This document shows, one piece after another, positions 9,105-19,854 of a stretch of 64,000 nt of DNA. Location of the stretch: NCBI GenBank assembly GCA_022711115.1, contig JAKLFP010000005.1, forward strand, positions 136,572-200,571, in the 5' to 3' direction. This stretch comes from Candidatus Omnitrophota bacterium. Lineage in GTDB: Bacteria > Omnitrophota > Omnitrophia > Omnitrophales > Aquincolibacteriaceae. How positions within the stretch are numbered: the stretch's first letter is position 1; each line of letters opens with the position of its first letter. The position numbers were made by a program, and so were the translations under genes. The notes beneath the pieces are model-generated. The model ran no database searches. It was not told the origin of the DNA and saw only the letters and a list, made by a program, of their open reading frames with translations.

Positions 9105-10781
9105 ATGGGGATGTTTTGTTATCAATGTGAACAAACAGCAAAAGGAAAAGGCTGCGATACCTTGGGTATCTGCGGCAAAACGCCGGAAGTCGCGACTTTG
9201 CAGGACCTGCTTATCCACGCCTTGAAGGGGATCGCAGTCTATGGGCAATTGGCGCTTGAACTGGGAGTAAAAGACAAGAATGCGGATCTTTTTCTGATCG
9301 AAGGACTTTTTACGACGGTGACGAATGTTGATTTTGATCCCGCCCGGATTCAGGAAGAGATTGTCCGAGCCTATCAAGTCAAAGAAGCCATCAAAAGATT
9401 GTTTCTGGATGCGTATAAGAAAAAAAACGGTAGAGATTTTGACGGTGAATTGCCTGCAGCCGCTTACTGGAAACCGGCAGAGACGCTTGCGGGTTTGCTG
9501 GACCAAGGGAGTAAAGTCGGCATTCTCTCCGATAAAATTTTAAATGAAGATATCCGTAGTCTTCGGGAACTTCTCCTCTATGGGCTCAAGGGCATGGCGG
9601 CTTACGCGGATCATGCGCTGATCCTTGGTAAAGAAAATGAGGAAGTTACGGCGTTTTTCCATAAAGGATTACGTGCGCTGACGAACAATAGCCTGACGGT
9701 AAATGACCTTGTCAATCTCAATATGGAATTTGGGATGGTGAATTTGAAATGTCTGGAGCTGCTGGACCAGGCGCATACGGATCATTTTGGGCATCCTGTC
9801 CCCACCAAGGTATTTTTGGGCGCGAAAAAGGGCCCGGCGATTTTGGTGTCAGGGCATGATCTTTTGGATCTGGAATGGCTGCTTCAGCAGACAGAAGGCA
9901 AAGGGATCAGTATTTATACGCACGGTGAGATGTTGCCGGCGCATGGCTATCCGGCGCTAAACAAATACAAACATCTTGTCGGTAACTACGGGGGTGCATG
10001 GCAGGATCAGGCCAAAGAATTCGATGCCTTTCCCGGTGCGATCCTCATGACGACCAATTGTATTCAAAGACCGCGTGAAACTTACCAGGACAGAATTTTT
10101 ACGACGGGACTTGTGGCTTGGCCAGGCGTTGCCCATATTTCGCTTCAAAACGGCAAAAAAGATTTTTCGCCTGTAATTCAAAAGGCCTTATCCGCAGGTG
10201 GTTTTAAGCAGGATATTCCGGGCAAAGAAATTATGGTGGGATTTGGTCACCAGGCGGTGCTTGGCGTGGCGGATAAAGTAGTGGGAGCTGTGAAAGCAGG
10301 TCAGATCCGTCATTTCTTTTTAGTGGGGGGTTGCGATGGTGCCAAACCCGGCCGAAACTACTACACGGAATTTGCCGAGCAGGCGCCCAAAGATACGGTT
10401 ATTCTGACGCTGGCCTGCGGAAAATACCGTTTCAATAAACTGGAATTCGGTGATATCGGCGGGATTCCCAGGCTTTTGGATATGGGACAATGCAATGATG
10501 CTTATTCCGCGATCCAGGTCGCGGTGGCACTATCCAAAGTATTTAACTGTGGGGTCAATGAATTACCGCTTTCGATGATCCTTTCGTGGTATGAGCAAAA
10601 GGCGGTTTGTATTCTTCTAACACTGCTGGCGCTTGGGATTCAGAATATCCGGATCGGTCCGTCTTTGCCGGCTTTCGTTAGTCCGAATGTACTCAAAGTA
10701 TTGGTGGAAAAATTCAATATTAAACCTATCACCAGTGCCAAAGAAGATTTGGAGGCTATTCTAGGAACGGCAGCAGTTTAG
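9105..10781 (+). CDS. hcp: Hybrid cluster protein / hydroxylamine reductase
   Basis: The N-terminal Cys cluster MFCYQCEQT...C..LGICGK is present and similarity extends over the full length. A GGAGG Shine-Dalgarno sequence lies 6 nt upstream of 9105. Confidence 0.9.
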   Translation: MGMFCYQCEQTAKGKGCDTLGICGKTPEVATLQDLLIHALKGIAVYGQLALELGVKDKNADLFLIEGLFTTVTNVDFDPARIQEEIVRAYQVKEAIKRLFLDAYKKKNGRDFDGELPAAAYWKPAETLAGLLDQGSKVGILSDKILNEDIRSLRELLLYGLKGMAAYADHALILGKENEEVTAFFHKGLRALTNNSLTVNDLVNLNMEFGMVNLKCLELLDQAHTDHFGHPVPTKVFLGAKKGPAILVSGHDLLDLEWLLQQTEGKGISIYTHGEMLPAHGYPALNKYKHLVGNYGGAWQDQAKEFDAFPGAILMTTNCIQRPRETYQDRIFTTGLVAWPGVAHISLQNGKKDFSPVIQKALSAGGFKQDIPGKEIMVGFGHQAVLGVADKVVGAVKAGQIRHFFLVGGCDGAKPGRNYYTEFAEQAPKDTVILTLACGKYRFNKLEFGDIGGIPRLLDMGQCNDAYSAIQVAVALSKVFNCGVNELPLSMILSWYEQKAVCILLTLLALGIQNIRIGPSLPAFVSPNVLKVLVEKFNIKPITSAKEDLEAILGTAAV

Positions 10782-10842
10782 GGTGGGGGAATCCGTTTGA
10801 AAAAAGAAGGATTCCATGATTAAATAAGAAACAAAAAGTTTA

Positions 10843-10874
10843 AACCCCCTCGGCATACTCCTTGGGGGTTTTTT
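10843..10874 (+). terminator. Intrinsic terminator after hcp
   Basis: A hairpin pairs AACCCCC with GGGGGTT and is followed by TTTT. Confidence 0.6.
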
Positions 10875-10904
10875 CTTCCGAGATATTTGAAATAAAGGAA
10901 AAAG

Positions 10905-11702
10905 ATGGAACAAGCCCGGTACAAATATATCTATGGTCCTGTTGCTTCCTGGAGATTCGGCAAGTCTCTCGGGATCGATCCGATTTCGCGTCCGGAAAAG
11001 ACCTGTACGTTTGATTGCGTTTATTGTCAGGCTGGAAAGACCCGGGTTTTTCCAAAAGCAAGGGAGATATTCATTCCCACAGAAGATCTTCTGGAAGAAG
11101 TCCAGTCTTTGCCTCCGATGGATTTAGATACGATTACTTTTGCAGGGAATGGGGAGCCTACGCTTGCCAAGAATCTTGGCGAAATGATTGAGGGAATCAA
11201 ATCTTTCCGAAATGAAAAAATCACAGTGATCACGAACGCTTCTTTGATCAATCAAAAGGACGTGCAGGAGGATCTTCTCTTGGCCGATCTCGTGGTGGCA
11301 AAACTGGATGCTTTTTCCGAAGCTTCTCTCAATGACGTGAATCAGGCGATGCCGAATGTCCTGATGCATCATATCATCCAGGGGTTGAAAGATTTTCGGC
11401 GTATCTATCGCGGCCGCTTAGCGCTTCAGATCATGTTTATCGACGCCAATAAAAAATACGCAGCTCAAATCGCGGACATCGTCAAGGAAATCCGTCCGGA
11501 CGAGATTGAAATTAATACCCCTTTGCGTGCATGTGCTGTGAAACCACTGCCGGAAAGGGATATTCTGGAAATCACGGCTTGTTTTACGAAAATAGGTGTG
11601 GAATCTTTTAGGATAAGACATGTTTATGAAGCCCCTAAAAAGACAAGCAGTCCTATTTGCCCACAGTCGACTGAAAGGCGGCGGGGGAAAGAGGGTGTGT
11701 AG
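10905..11702 (+). CDS. Radical SAM domain protein (CxxxCxxC), specific function unknown
   Basis: The CTFDCVYCQ motif is present, and the YGPV.SWRFGKSLGI N-terminus is typical of small radical SAM enzymes. Confidence 0.65.
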   Translation: MEQARYKYIYGPVASWRFGKSLGIDPISRPEKTCTFDCVYCQAGKTRVFPKAREIFIPTEDLLEEVQSLPPMDLDTITFAGNGEPTLAKNLGEMIEGIKSFRNEKITVITNASLINQKDVQEDLLLADLVVAKLDAFSEASLNDVNQAMPNVLMHHIIQGLKDFRRIYRGRLALQIMFIDANKKYAAQIADIVKEIRPDEIEINTPLRACAVKPLPERDILEITACFTKIGVESFRIRHVYEAPKKTSSPICPQSTERRRGKEGV

Positions 11703-11768
11703 GTTTGTGATGTGGACATTGCAAGAGAAGCTAAAAGAAAGTAAGATAACAGCCTTTCGGAGCTCTTC

Positions 11769-12785
11769 ATGGGAATAAAAAATCAGGATATTTCAGCGGA
11801 AGACCTTATCAAGCAGATCAACTCCCTGAAACAGAAAAGGGAGGCGGTGATCCTTGCGCATAATTATCAGCCTCCGGAGATCCAGGATCTGGCTGATTAT
11901 ACGGGAGATTCGCTGGAACTCAGCATCATTGCGGCCAAAACAGAAGCGAAAGTGATTGTTTTTTGCGGGGTTCGGTTCATGGGCGAGACGGCGGCGATTC
12001 TGTCCCCGGAAAAAACCGTTTTGTTGCCCGTTCTGGAAGCCGGCTGTACGCTTGCGGATTATGCGACGGCGGAGCAGGTCCGTGAAATGAAAAAGAAACA
12101 TCCGAATGCGATAGTGGTGACCTATGTCAACAGCTCCGCGGAGGTTAAAGCAGAGAGCGATATTTGTTGCACTTCGGCGAATGCCATCGATATTGTTCGC
12201 ACCATCGATCTGAGCCGTCCCATCATATTTGTTTCGGATTATAATTTAGGGCATTATGCGGCCAAGATCACAAAACGGGAGATTATTCTTTGGGATGGTT
12301 GCTGTCCGACTCATGCGCTTCTGTCGACCTTTGCAGTGCAAAGGGCCAGAAAGAAGTGGCCGGGGGCACAAGTGATCATGCACCCAGAATGCAAACCGGA
12401 TGTTCTTGAGCTCGCGGATTTCGTGGGAAGCACTTCAGGGATGCTGCGCTATGCCAAGCAGCAGCCGGCAGGAGCATCTTTGATCGTTGGAACCGAGATT
12501 GGGTTGCTCCACCGTTTGCAAAAGGAAAATCCCGATAAAACCTTCTATCCGGCCTCGGACTATTTGATTTGTCCGATGATGAAAATGACCACGCTTAAAA
12601 ATGTCAAGGATTCACTCGAGAAGATGCAGTATGTTGTGACAGTTCCCGAGAACATCGCGATGCGAGCTCGCGCTGCTGTCAATGCCATGTTGAACTACAA
12701 AGGAACTCCTAAGAAGTCGACTCCTCCGTCCCCTCCGGCAGAGAAGGCAAAAGGAGAAACAGAAATTTCTATTGGTGTGGAATGA
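11769..12785 (+). CDS. nadA: Quinolinate synthase A
   Basis: The ILAHNYQ motif is present along with the three Cys-containing repeats of NadA. There is a short Pro/Ser-rich C-terminal tail. Confidence 0.85.
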   Translation: MGIKNQDISAEDLIKQINSLKQKREAVILAHNYQPPEIQDLADYTGDSLELSIIAAKTEAKVIVFCGVRFMGETAAILSPEKTVLLPVLEAGCTLADYATAEQVREMKKKHPNAIVVTYVNSSAEVKAESDICCTSANAIDIVRTIDLSRPIIFVSDYNLGHYAAKITKREIILWDGCCPTHALLSTFAVQRARKKWPGAQVIMHPECKPDVLELADFVGSTSGMLRYAKQQPAGASLIVGTEIGLLHRLQKENPDKTFYPASDYLICPMMKMTTLKNVKDSLEKMQYVVTVPENIAMRARAAVNAMLNYKGTPKKSTPPSPPAEKAKGETEISIGVE

Positions 12786-14563
12786 AAGGAAAGACCATGC
12801 GAAAAGCAATAAATCCGGGAATTGAAGCAATCCAAAAACGCGGAAGTCGCATCGTGGCGGAAGGGAAGCATATGTTGCCCGCCGCAGGTCTGATGGTAGC
12901 TGCCGGAGCGATTGGAAAAATAGAAGATCGACAAAAACCATTTGTCACGGTGATCAATTCCTATACCACGCATATTCCGGGGCACATGCACCTGAATATT
13001 CTCGGAGAAAAGCTGGTCGCGGTACTTAAAACCAAGGGTTATAACGTCTGGTATGCCAATATCGGAGCAGCGATTTGCGATGGTATTGCGATGGGGCATT
13101 TCGGCATGAAATATTCCCTGCCGTCTCGCGAACTGATTGCCGATCAGATCGAAAGCATTATTGGTGCGCACCCTTGCGACGCCTGGATCGGGATCGGGAA
13201 TTGCGACAAGATCATTCCTGCCATGCTGAATGCGATGGTGAGGCTTAATATTCCTTCGGTTTATGTCAGCGGCGGGCCGATGTTGGCAGGACAGAACAAT
13301 GCGGATTTGATCACGGTCTTCGAGGGGGTGGGCGGTGAAGCTGCCGGAAAAATATCCGAAACACAGCTGACGAATTTGGCGAATACCGCTTGCCGGACCT
13401 GTGGCAGCTGCGCGGGTATGTTTACGGCAAATTCCATGAACTGCCTGGCCGAAGCGATCGGATTAGCACAGCCCGGCAATGGTACGATTCCTGCTGCCGC
13501 GTGGGTGGATCGTTCCAAGATGACATGGGTGATTAATCCGGAACGCATTCAGCTTGTAGAGCATGCTGCAGAAACATTGGAATATCTTTTGAAGAATAAT
13601 ATCCGGCCGCTTGATATCGTGACCAAAGCATCAATCGACAATGCGTTCATTCTTGATCTGGCGATGGGAGGCTCGAGCAATACGGTGCTTCATACTTTGG
13701 CGCTTGCCTGCGAAGCGGGGATTGATTACCCGCTGGATCGTATCAATCATCTTGCGAAGATGACACCGACTCTCTGCAAAGTTTCTCCCTCCCGGCCGGA
13801 TGTCCATATCGAAGATGTCCATCGCGTGGGCGGCATTGCGGCTATATTAAAGGCCGTGCAGCAAGACGGTCGTGCTCCATTGAAATTGGATTTGAAGACC
13901 TGTACGGGAATTTTAAGGGATATGGTTGAAAAAGCGCCGGATGCGGACGGCGATGTAATCCGGAAAGGGGATAAGGTTTTTTCGCAGGAAGGTGGATTGG
14001 CGATTCTTTACGGAAATATCGCACCGGAAGGAGCTGTGGTCAAAACCGCCGGTGTGGATAAGGATATGATGCAGTTCCGCGGCAAAGCAAAATGTTACTC
14101 TTCCCAGGAAGAAGCTGCCGAGGCCGTTTTAGCAGGCAAAGTTGTGAACGGGGACGTGGTGGTGATCCGTTATGAAGGACCGCGAGGCGGACCGGGCATG
14201 CAGGAAATGCTTTCGCCGACCTCAGCTTTGAAAGGACGTGGGATTCGTGCGGCCTTGATTACGGATGGTCGTTTCTCGGGAGGAACGCGAGGACTTTGTA
14301 TTGGTCACATTTCTCCGGAAGCTGCCGCAGGCGGGCCGATTGCTGCGATTAAAAACGGAGACATTATCGAGATTGATGCGGAGAAAAGAACCTTGAACGT
14401 TGCGATACCGGCTAAAGAGATTAAGAAACGGCTTTCCAAACTCAAACCTTTTGTCCCTAAAGTGACAGGGGGATGGCTTGGAAGGTATGCCCGTCATGTT
14501 TTGAGCGCTCATACGGGTGCTGTGATGGATAATGTGAGGATAACAAAATTAAAAGGGAAATAA
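12782..14563 (+). CDS. ilvD: Dihydroxy-acid dehydratase
   Basis: The CDKIIPAML and [18 protein letters not shown] Fe-S ligand motifs are present, as is the C-terminal ILVD/EDD signature. The ATGA overlap with nadA suggests translational coupling; an alternative start at 12797 is possible. Confidence 0.9.
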   Translation: MKGKTMRKAINPGIEAIQKRGSRIVAEGKHMLPAAGLMVAAGAIGKIEDRQKPFVTVINSYTTHIPGHMHLNILGEKLVAVLKTKGYNVWYANIGAAICDGIAMGHFGMKYSLPSRELIADQIESIIGAHPCDAWIGIGNCDKIIPAMLNAMVRLNIPSVYVSGGPMLAGQNNADLITVFEGVGGEAAGKISETQLTNLANTACRTCGSCAGMFTANSMNCLAEAIGLAQPGNGTIPAAAWVDRSKMTWVINPERIQLVEHAAETLEYLLKNNIRPLDIVTKASIDNAFILDLAMGGSSNTVLHTLALACEAGIDYPLDRINHLAKMTPTLCKVSPSRPDVHIEDVHRVGGIAAILKAVQQDGRAPLKLDLKTCTGILRDMVEKAPDADGDVIRKGDKVFSQEGGLAILYGNIAPEGAVVKTAGVDKDMMQFRGKAKCYSSQEEAAEAVLAGKVVNGDVVVIRYEGPRGGPGMQEMLSPTSALKGRGIRAALITDGRFSGGTRGLCIGHISPEAAAGGPIAAIKNGDIIEIDAEKRTLNVAIPAKEIKKRLSKLKPFVPKVTGGWLGRYARHVLSAHTGAVMDNVRITKLKGK

Positions 14564-14575
14564 AGGAGAGAGAAC

Positions 14576-15064
14576 ATGATTAGTGAGAAGATGGTGAAAG
14601 CGATCAACGAACAAATCAATAAAGAAATTTATTCCGCTTATCTCTATGCCGGGATGGCGATTTATGCTGGTTCGGTGGGATTGAACGGAGTGATGAACTG
14701 GTTTCAGCTTCAGGCCAAGGAAGAACTGGGGCATGCCGCAAAGTTCATGGCATATGTAAATGAGCAAGGCAGTCGTGTTATGTTGAAGGCCATTGATGCG
14801 CCGGATCAGAAGTTTACTTCGGTGGCGAGCCTTTTCGATAAAACTCTTGAGCATGAAAAAGAAGTCACCGCGTCGATTAATAGCTTAGTGTTCCTGGCTA
14901 AAAAAGAGGCAGATTATGCGACCGACGGCTTGCTCCAGTGGTTTGTGAAGGAACAGGTAGAGGAAGAAGCGAGCGTGGCAGATATTATTCAAAAGCTTGA
15001 GATCGGTGGAAAAGCCGGGAATTCGCTCCTCATCTTGGATGGGATTCTGGCACAGAGAAAGTAA
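14576..15064 (+). CDS. ftn: Non-haem ferritin (Ftn-like)
   Basis: It has the ferritin-like diiron four-helix pattern (E..Y...M, EE.GHA) and is 162 aa. Confidence 0.8.
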   Translation: MISEKMVKAINEQINKEIYSAYLYAGMAIYAGSVGLNGVMNWFQLQAKEELGHAAKFMAYVNEQGSRVMLKAIDAPDQKFTSVASLFDKTLEHEKEVTASINSLVFLAKKEADYATDGLLQWFVKEQVEEEASVADIIQKLEIGGKAGNSLLILDGILAQRK

Positions 15065-15081
15065 ATACGGAGATCCAAAAA

Positions 15082-16275
15082 ATGAAGGCGTTACCGATAA
15101 CAAAGAACATATGGTGGGTGGGGGCCATTGATTGGGGCGCGCGTCATTTCCATGGACACACCTACACGACAAAACGCGGTACTACCTACAATGCGTACTT
15201 GATCATTGATGAGAAAATCACGTTGATCGATACAGTTTATGGCCCCTTTGCCGCAGAAATGATGGAGCGGATTAAAACAATCGTTCCGCTCGAGAAAATC
15301 GACATCATTATCGCCAACCATATTGAACCAGATCATTCCGGAGCCCTTCCGGAACTTTTGAAACATTGTCCGCAAGCCAAGGTCTATGGAAGTGCCAAAG
15401 CGGGTATCGGATTGGAGCAGCATTATCACCTCAAACTGGATTTTCAGACTGTCAAGACCGGGGACAAACTAAGCCTTGGGAAAAGGACACTTACTTTTAT
15501 TGAAATTCCGATGATTCACTGGCCGGACAGCATGATGAGTTATCTCGTGGAAGAGCAAATCCTTTTTTCCAATGATGCGTTCGGGCAGCATTATGCCACC
15601 AGTGAGCGGTTCGATGATGAGGTGCCGCAGGAAACCCTGATGGAAGAAGCGGCAAAATATTTTGCCAACATCCTGTGGCCTTTTAGCCACCTCATCACGA
15701 AACGGCTTGCTGAGATAGAGCAGATGAATCTGCCGATCCGTATGATTGCCACATCCCATGGTCTGAGTTGGCGAAAAAATCCAGACAAGATTGTAGAGGC
15801 CTATCAGCATTGGGCTGCGAATGAAACTAAACCAAAGGTTGTGATTGCGTATGAAACCATGTGGGGCGCAACGGCCAAAATGGCGCAGAAGATCGCAGAA
15901 GGGATTGCGGATGCTGGGGTTCGTTATGAGCTTTATGATGTGGCGCAGGCGGATCGTACGGAAGTGATTTATGATATGTTCGATGCCAAAGCCTACATCG
16001 TAGGTTCCTCGAATCATGACAGCGGGATTCTGCCGAATATGGTTTCGTTTATGGAGTTTTTGAAAGGGTTACATCCGAGAAATCGCATCGGTTGCGCCTT
16101 CGGTTCGTACGGATGGTCCGGTGTGGCCATTCAGAAATTGGAAACTATCCTTAAAGAAGCCGGGGTGGAGATTGTTCAACCGGCTCTTTCAATTCAATAT
16201 GTCCCGGACGAATCCCAATTGGCCCAATGCTATGAATTTGGGAAGAAAGTGGCTACACTGGTTCTCAATCAATGA
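15082..16275 (+). CDS. Flavodiiron protein (FprA/ROO family NO/O2 reductase), with no rubredoxin domain
   Basis: A metallo-beta-lactamase-like diiron domain (HIEPDHSG, HWPDSMM) is followed by a C-terminal flavodoxin domain. Confidence 0.85.
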   Translation: MKALPITKNIWWVGAIDWGARHFHGHTYTTKRGTTYNAYLIIDEKITLIDTVYGPFAAEMMERIKTIVPLEKIDIIIANHIEPDHSGALPELLKHCPQAKVYGSAKAGIGLEQHYHLKLDFQTVKTGDKLSLGKRTLTFIEIPMIHWPDSMMSYLVEEQILFSNDAFGQHYATSERFDDEVPQETLMEEAAKYFANILWPFSHLITKRLAEIEQMNLPIRMIATSHGLSWRKNPDKIVEAYQHWAANETKPKVVIAYETMWGATAKMAQKIAEGIADAGVRYELYDVAQADRTEVIYDMFDAKAYIVGSSNHDSGILPNMVSFMEFLKGLHPRNRIGCAFGSYGWSGVAIQKLETILKEAGVEIVQPALSIQYVPDESQLAQCYEFGKKVATLVLNQ

Positions 16276-16359
16276 TTTATTGAAAACGAATGCGGCACGA
16301 AGCAAACCCTAAAAGAGGGAGGAAGCTAAGCGCCGGACTCGTAAAAAAAAGCTAACGCT

Positions 16360-16854
16360 ATGGAAACATTCGAATCTATTTCAAAAAGGGCAAGCGTTCG
16401 CGAATACCTCAATCAACCTGTCCCGAAAAATCTGCTTGAAAAACTCGTGGATGCCGGCCACCGTGCGCCAACAGCTCGAGCCATCGAACCTTGGGAATTT
16501 GTGGTGGTGACCGAACGCCAGACTTTGGATAAACTTGCCGGGATGATCAGTACGGGCCTTTTTCTGAAACAGGCGACCGCATGTATTATCGTTTTTTGCC
16601 AGGATGTGAAATATTATCTCGAGGATGGCGCCGCGGCGACGGAAAATATTCTTCTTGCAGCCACCGATCTTGGATTAGGAACCTGCTGGATTGCCGGAGA
16701 CAAAAAAGAGTACTGTGAAGAGGTGAAGTCTCTTTTTGGTGTTCCGGCTACTCATAAACTTATCAGCTTGATTTCAGTAGGATGGGCATCCAAAGTACCG
16801 AAGCAGCATAAAAAACGAAAACTTGAAGAAGTCTTGCACTGGGAAAAATTCTAA
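16360..16854 (+). CDS. Nitroreductase-family protein
   Basis: The sequence shows the nitroreductase fold pattern (RASVREY, PTARAIEPWEFVVV, GLGTCWIAG). Confidence 0.75.
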   Translation: METFESISKRASVREYLNQPVPKNLLEKLVDAGHRAPTARAIEPWEFVVVTERQTLDKLAGMISTGLFLKQATACIIVFCQDVKYYLEDGAAATENILLAATDLGLGTCWIAGDKKEYCEEVKSLFGVPATHKLISLISVGWASKVPKQHKKRKLEEVLHWEKF

Positions 16855-16893
16855 CTTATCCACATGAAACGTTTGTTTTGGGGAGGATAAAAA

Positions 16894-17331
16894 ATGCCTT
16901 ACAAACACACGCAAATCGGATATGTCATTATTGTTTGCATGGCGGTGGGGAGTGTGATTGCCTATTTCAATCATGCGCTGCCTCTTTTTTGGATTATGGC
17001 TGCTGCCGGAATTTTTTTTGGAACATTAACGGTTTCAATCGGCAGCGAATCTGTTGAGATATCATTTGGCCCCGGATTGATTCGAAAGCGATTTTCACTG
17101 GCAGACATTGAGACTTGTCAGGCGATGAAACAAAGATGCTGGTCCTGGGGTATCCACGGATGGCCTGGGAGGGGCTGGCTCTATAATGTGTCCGGCTTTC
17201 ATTGTGTAGAACTTAAAATGAAAAACGGTAGAAAATATTACATCGGAACCGACGAGCCGGAAGTATTGGAAAAAGCAATTCATGAGGCCATGCACCTTTC
17301 CCTTTACCGCTCCATAAAAATGTCAGAATGA
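16894..17331 (+). CDS. Hypothetical membrane protein (two TM helices plus a small soluble domain)
   Basis: The ORF has two hydrophobic N-terminal segments. No recognisable catalytic motif is present. Confidence 0.5.
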   Translation: MPYKHTQIGYVIIVCMAVGSVIAYFNHALPLFWIMAAAGIFFGTLTVSIGSESVEISFGPGLIRKRFSLADIETCQAMKQRCWSWGIHGWPGRGWLYNVSGFHCVELKMKNGRKYYIGTDEPEVLEKAIHEAMHLSLYRSIKMSE

Positions 17332-17506
17332 AATCTTAAAAAAATAATGCAAGGATCCGATATTTAACGTATATTACCGCATCATCAACAAAGCGCTTTG
17401 ACCAGACCTTAGGATCTTTCGAAGAGGCGATGGTTTTTTGAAAAATGTCTTTGAGGGCCGTGGGTTTGGACAAGTGACGAGTCACAAAAGAAGGAGATTT
17501 GCAGGA

Positions 17507-17707
17507 ATGGCAAAAGGAAAAGTTAAATGGTTCAATAATCAAAAAGGGTACGGATTCATAACGCCGGAAAACGGCAGCGATGTGTTCGTCCATCACACAG
17601 CCATCCAAGGTGAGGGATATAAGACTTTGGAAGAAGGCCAGGATGTTGAGTTTGAGATCACAAAGGGTCCGAAGGGTAATCAAGCGGTTAATGTCGTCAA
17701 GGTATAA
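17507..17707 (+). CDS. cspA: Cold-shock protein (CspA family)
   Basis: The sequence is [30 protein letters not shown], carrying the RNP1 and RNP2 motifs. The ORF-track start at 17438 is rejected in favour of the internal ATG at 17507. Confidence 0.9.
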   Translation: MAKGKVKWFNNQKGYGFITPENGSDVFVHHTAIQGEGYKTLEEGQDVEFEITKGPKGNQAVNVVKV

Positions 17708-17716
17708 GAAAACGCT

Positions 17717-17757
17717 AAAGATCAAAGCCCGGTGTTAGAAGCCGGGCTTTGATCTTT
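17717..17757 (+). terminator. Intrinsic terminator after cspA
   Basis: A hairpin of about 16 bp pairs AAAGATCAAAGCCCGG with CCGGGCTTTGATCTTT. Confidence 0.7.
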
Positions 17758-17940
17758 ACAAAGACGTCGCAGTGCTTCCTTCCTTATCAAAAATTTTTGA
17801 GGAACCAAGGTGCTTTTTCATAGCCTTGTTTCGACAGGATTTTAAAAGCAACCAAGACTGCACTGATTTCCTTGTTTTATTTTTGGTTCACCAAAATCAG
17901 TGATGCCTTGGTTTTTTATTTATAAGGATTTTCTTACTTT

Positions 17941-19794
17941 ATGACAAATCAGAAAAGACGAAAAGATGTACGGAATGTCGCGATTGTGGCGCATGTCGAC
18001 CATGGGAAAACTACGCTTGTGGACGCCCTTTTGAAGCAAAGCGGCGCCTATCAATTCCAGGAGGGCGAGTCGACGATTATGGACTCTAACGATCTGGAAC
18101 GCGAACGCGGTATTACGATCTTTTCTAAGAACGCCTCATTCCGTTATAAGGATGTGCAGTTCAATATTGTCGATACGCCGGGACATGCCGATTTTGGAAG
18201 CGAGGTCGAGCGGATCCTCAAAATGGTTGATGGCGTTCTGCTATTGGTGGATGCTTTTGACGGTCCCATGCCGCAGACAAAGTTTGTTCTCAGGAAATCC
18301 CTCGAAATGCATTTAAAACCGATTCTTGTCGTCAATAAAGTGGACCGTCCGAACTGTCGGCCGCATGAGGTGGCGGATATGACGTTCGATCTTTTCTGCG
18401 AGTTGAATGCCACTGATGAACAATTGGATTTTCCGATTGTTTATGCTTCCGGGAAAGAGGGTTGGGCTGCCATGTCGCTTGAAGATGAGCGCAAAGACAT
18501 GACGCCGCTTCTAGAAACGATCCTGCATCGTGTGCTTCCGCCTATTGCAGACTCGGAGCAGCCCTTTCAAATGCTGGTGACCATGCTGGATTATGATAAT
18601 TATCTTGGCCGCATCGCAATCGGCCGTATTTTTCACGGGCAGATCCGTTCGGGTGATCCTATGGTGGTGATCAAGCATAACGGTGAGGTGCTCCGGGGCA
18701 AAGTAACCAAGATCCTCAAGTACCAAGGACTTAAAAAGGTTGAAGCTCAGGATGCGATGGCGGGAGATATTATCACAATCAGCGGGATTGATGAGGTCAA
18801 AGTGGGTGAAACACTTGCGTCGCCGGAAAAACCGGAAGCCTTGCCGACCCTGAAGATTGATGAGCCGACTATCTCTATGAATTTTTCCCACAACACCAGT
18901 CCGCTTGCCGGGAAAGACGGAGGACGGTTTCTGACATCGCGGCACATCCGCGAAAGGCTTGCACATGAAGCCATGATGAATGTCGGGATTAAAGTTGAGG
19001 AAGTGGAGCAAGGAGAGCGTTTCAAGGTTTCCGGCCGGGGAGAATTGCATCTTGCGATCCTGATTGAGACGATGCGCCGGGAAGGCTATGAGATGGAAGT
19101 CTCGCCGCCTAAGGTAATTTTAAAAACCATAGACGGAGAAATTTTCGAACCGGTGGAAGAAGTGACGGTCGAAGTGGATCCGGGGTACCAAGGATCTGTG
19201 ATCGAAGCTTTGGGAAAAAGACGCGCGGAGATGAAAAGTATGCATGCCGGTTCTGTCGGAGGAACGATCCGCATGGAATTCCTGGTTGCGTCGAGGGCTC
19301 TTCTTGGTTTTCGCAATGAATTTATGGTCATGACACGCGGTACGGGGATGATGTACCAGAACTTTTTTGAATATCAGGAGTTTAAAGGAGAGATGCCAAG
19401 CCGCCAATCCGGTGTTTTGATTTCACAAACAGCCGGCAATGCGGTGGCCTATGCGCTTTGGGGGCTTCAAGAACGCGGTGAGATCTTTGTGAATCCCGGT
19501 CACGAGCTTTACGAAGGGATGATTGTGGGTGTGAATAACAAAGGCAATGATCTGGTGGTCAACGCGATCCGCGAGAAGAAACAATCCAATATGCGCTCGT
19601 CCGGAGCCGATGAGGCGATCCAGTTAATTCCGCCGCGGGAAATGACGCTTGAATTTGCTTTGGAATTTATCGAAGAAGACGAGCTGGTGGAGATCACGCC
19701 TAAAAATATTCGGTTGAGGAAAAGGCACCTCACGGAAAATGGGCGAAAGACCGTGGCACGTCAGGCGGCAGGCAAAAGACTTTCTTCGTCTTAG
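17941..19794 (+). CDS. typA: Translational GTPase BipA/TypA
   Basis: The AHVDHGKTT and DTPGHADF G-motifs are present. The protein has EF-G-like domain architecture and is 617 aa. Confidence 0.9.
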   Translation: MTNQKRRKDVRNVAIVAHVDHGKTTLVDALLKQSGAYQFQEGESTIMDSNDLERERGITIFSKNASFRYKDVQFNIVDTPGHADFGSEVERILKMVDGVLLLVDAFDGPMPQTKFVLRKSLEMHLKPILVVNKVDRPNCRPHEVADMTFDLFCELNATDEQLDFPIVYASGKEGWAAMSLEDERKDMTPLLETILHRVLPPIADSEQPFQMLVTMLDYDNYLGRIAIGRIFHGQIRSGDPMVVIKHNGEVLRGKVTKILKYQGLKKVEAQDAMAGDIITISGIDEVKVGETLASPEKPEALPTLKIDEPTISMNFSHNTSPLAGKDGGRFLTSRHIRERLAHEAMMNVGIKVEEVEQGERFKVSGRGELHLAILIETMRREGYEMEVSPPKVILKTIDGEIFEPVEEVTVEVDPGYQGSVIEALGKRRAEMKSMHAGSVGGTIRMEFLVASRALLGFRNEFMVMTRGTGMMYQNFFEYQEFKGEMPSRQSGVLISQTAGNAVAYALWGLQERGEIFVNPGHELYEGMIVGVNNKGNDLVVNAIREKKQSNMRSSGADEAIQLIPPREMTLEFALEFIEEDELVEITPKNIRLRKRHLTENGRKTVARQAAGKRLSSS

Positions 19795-19854
19795 TTTGTC
19801 GTTTTGAATTTACTTCTATTATATAATCATGCGCGTCATACAGGAGATGACAAT

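Noticed and set aside
17438-17506. Upstream extension of cspA (ORF-track start at 17438)
   Set aside because: Csp proteins begin MAKG(K)VKWFN. The extension adds 23 non-conserved residues and has no RBS.
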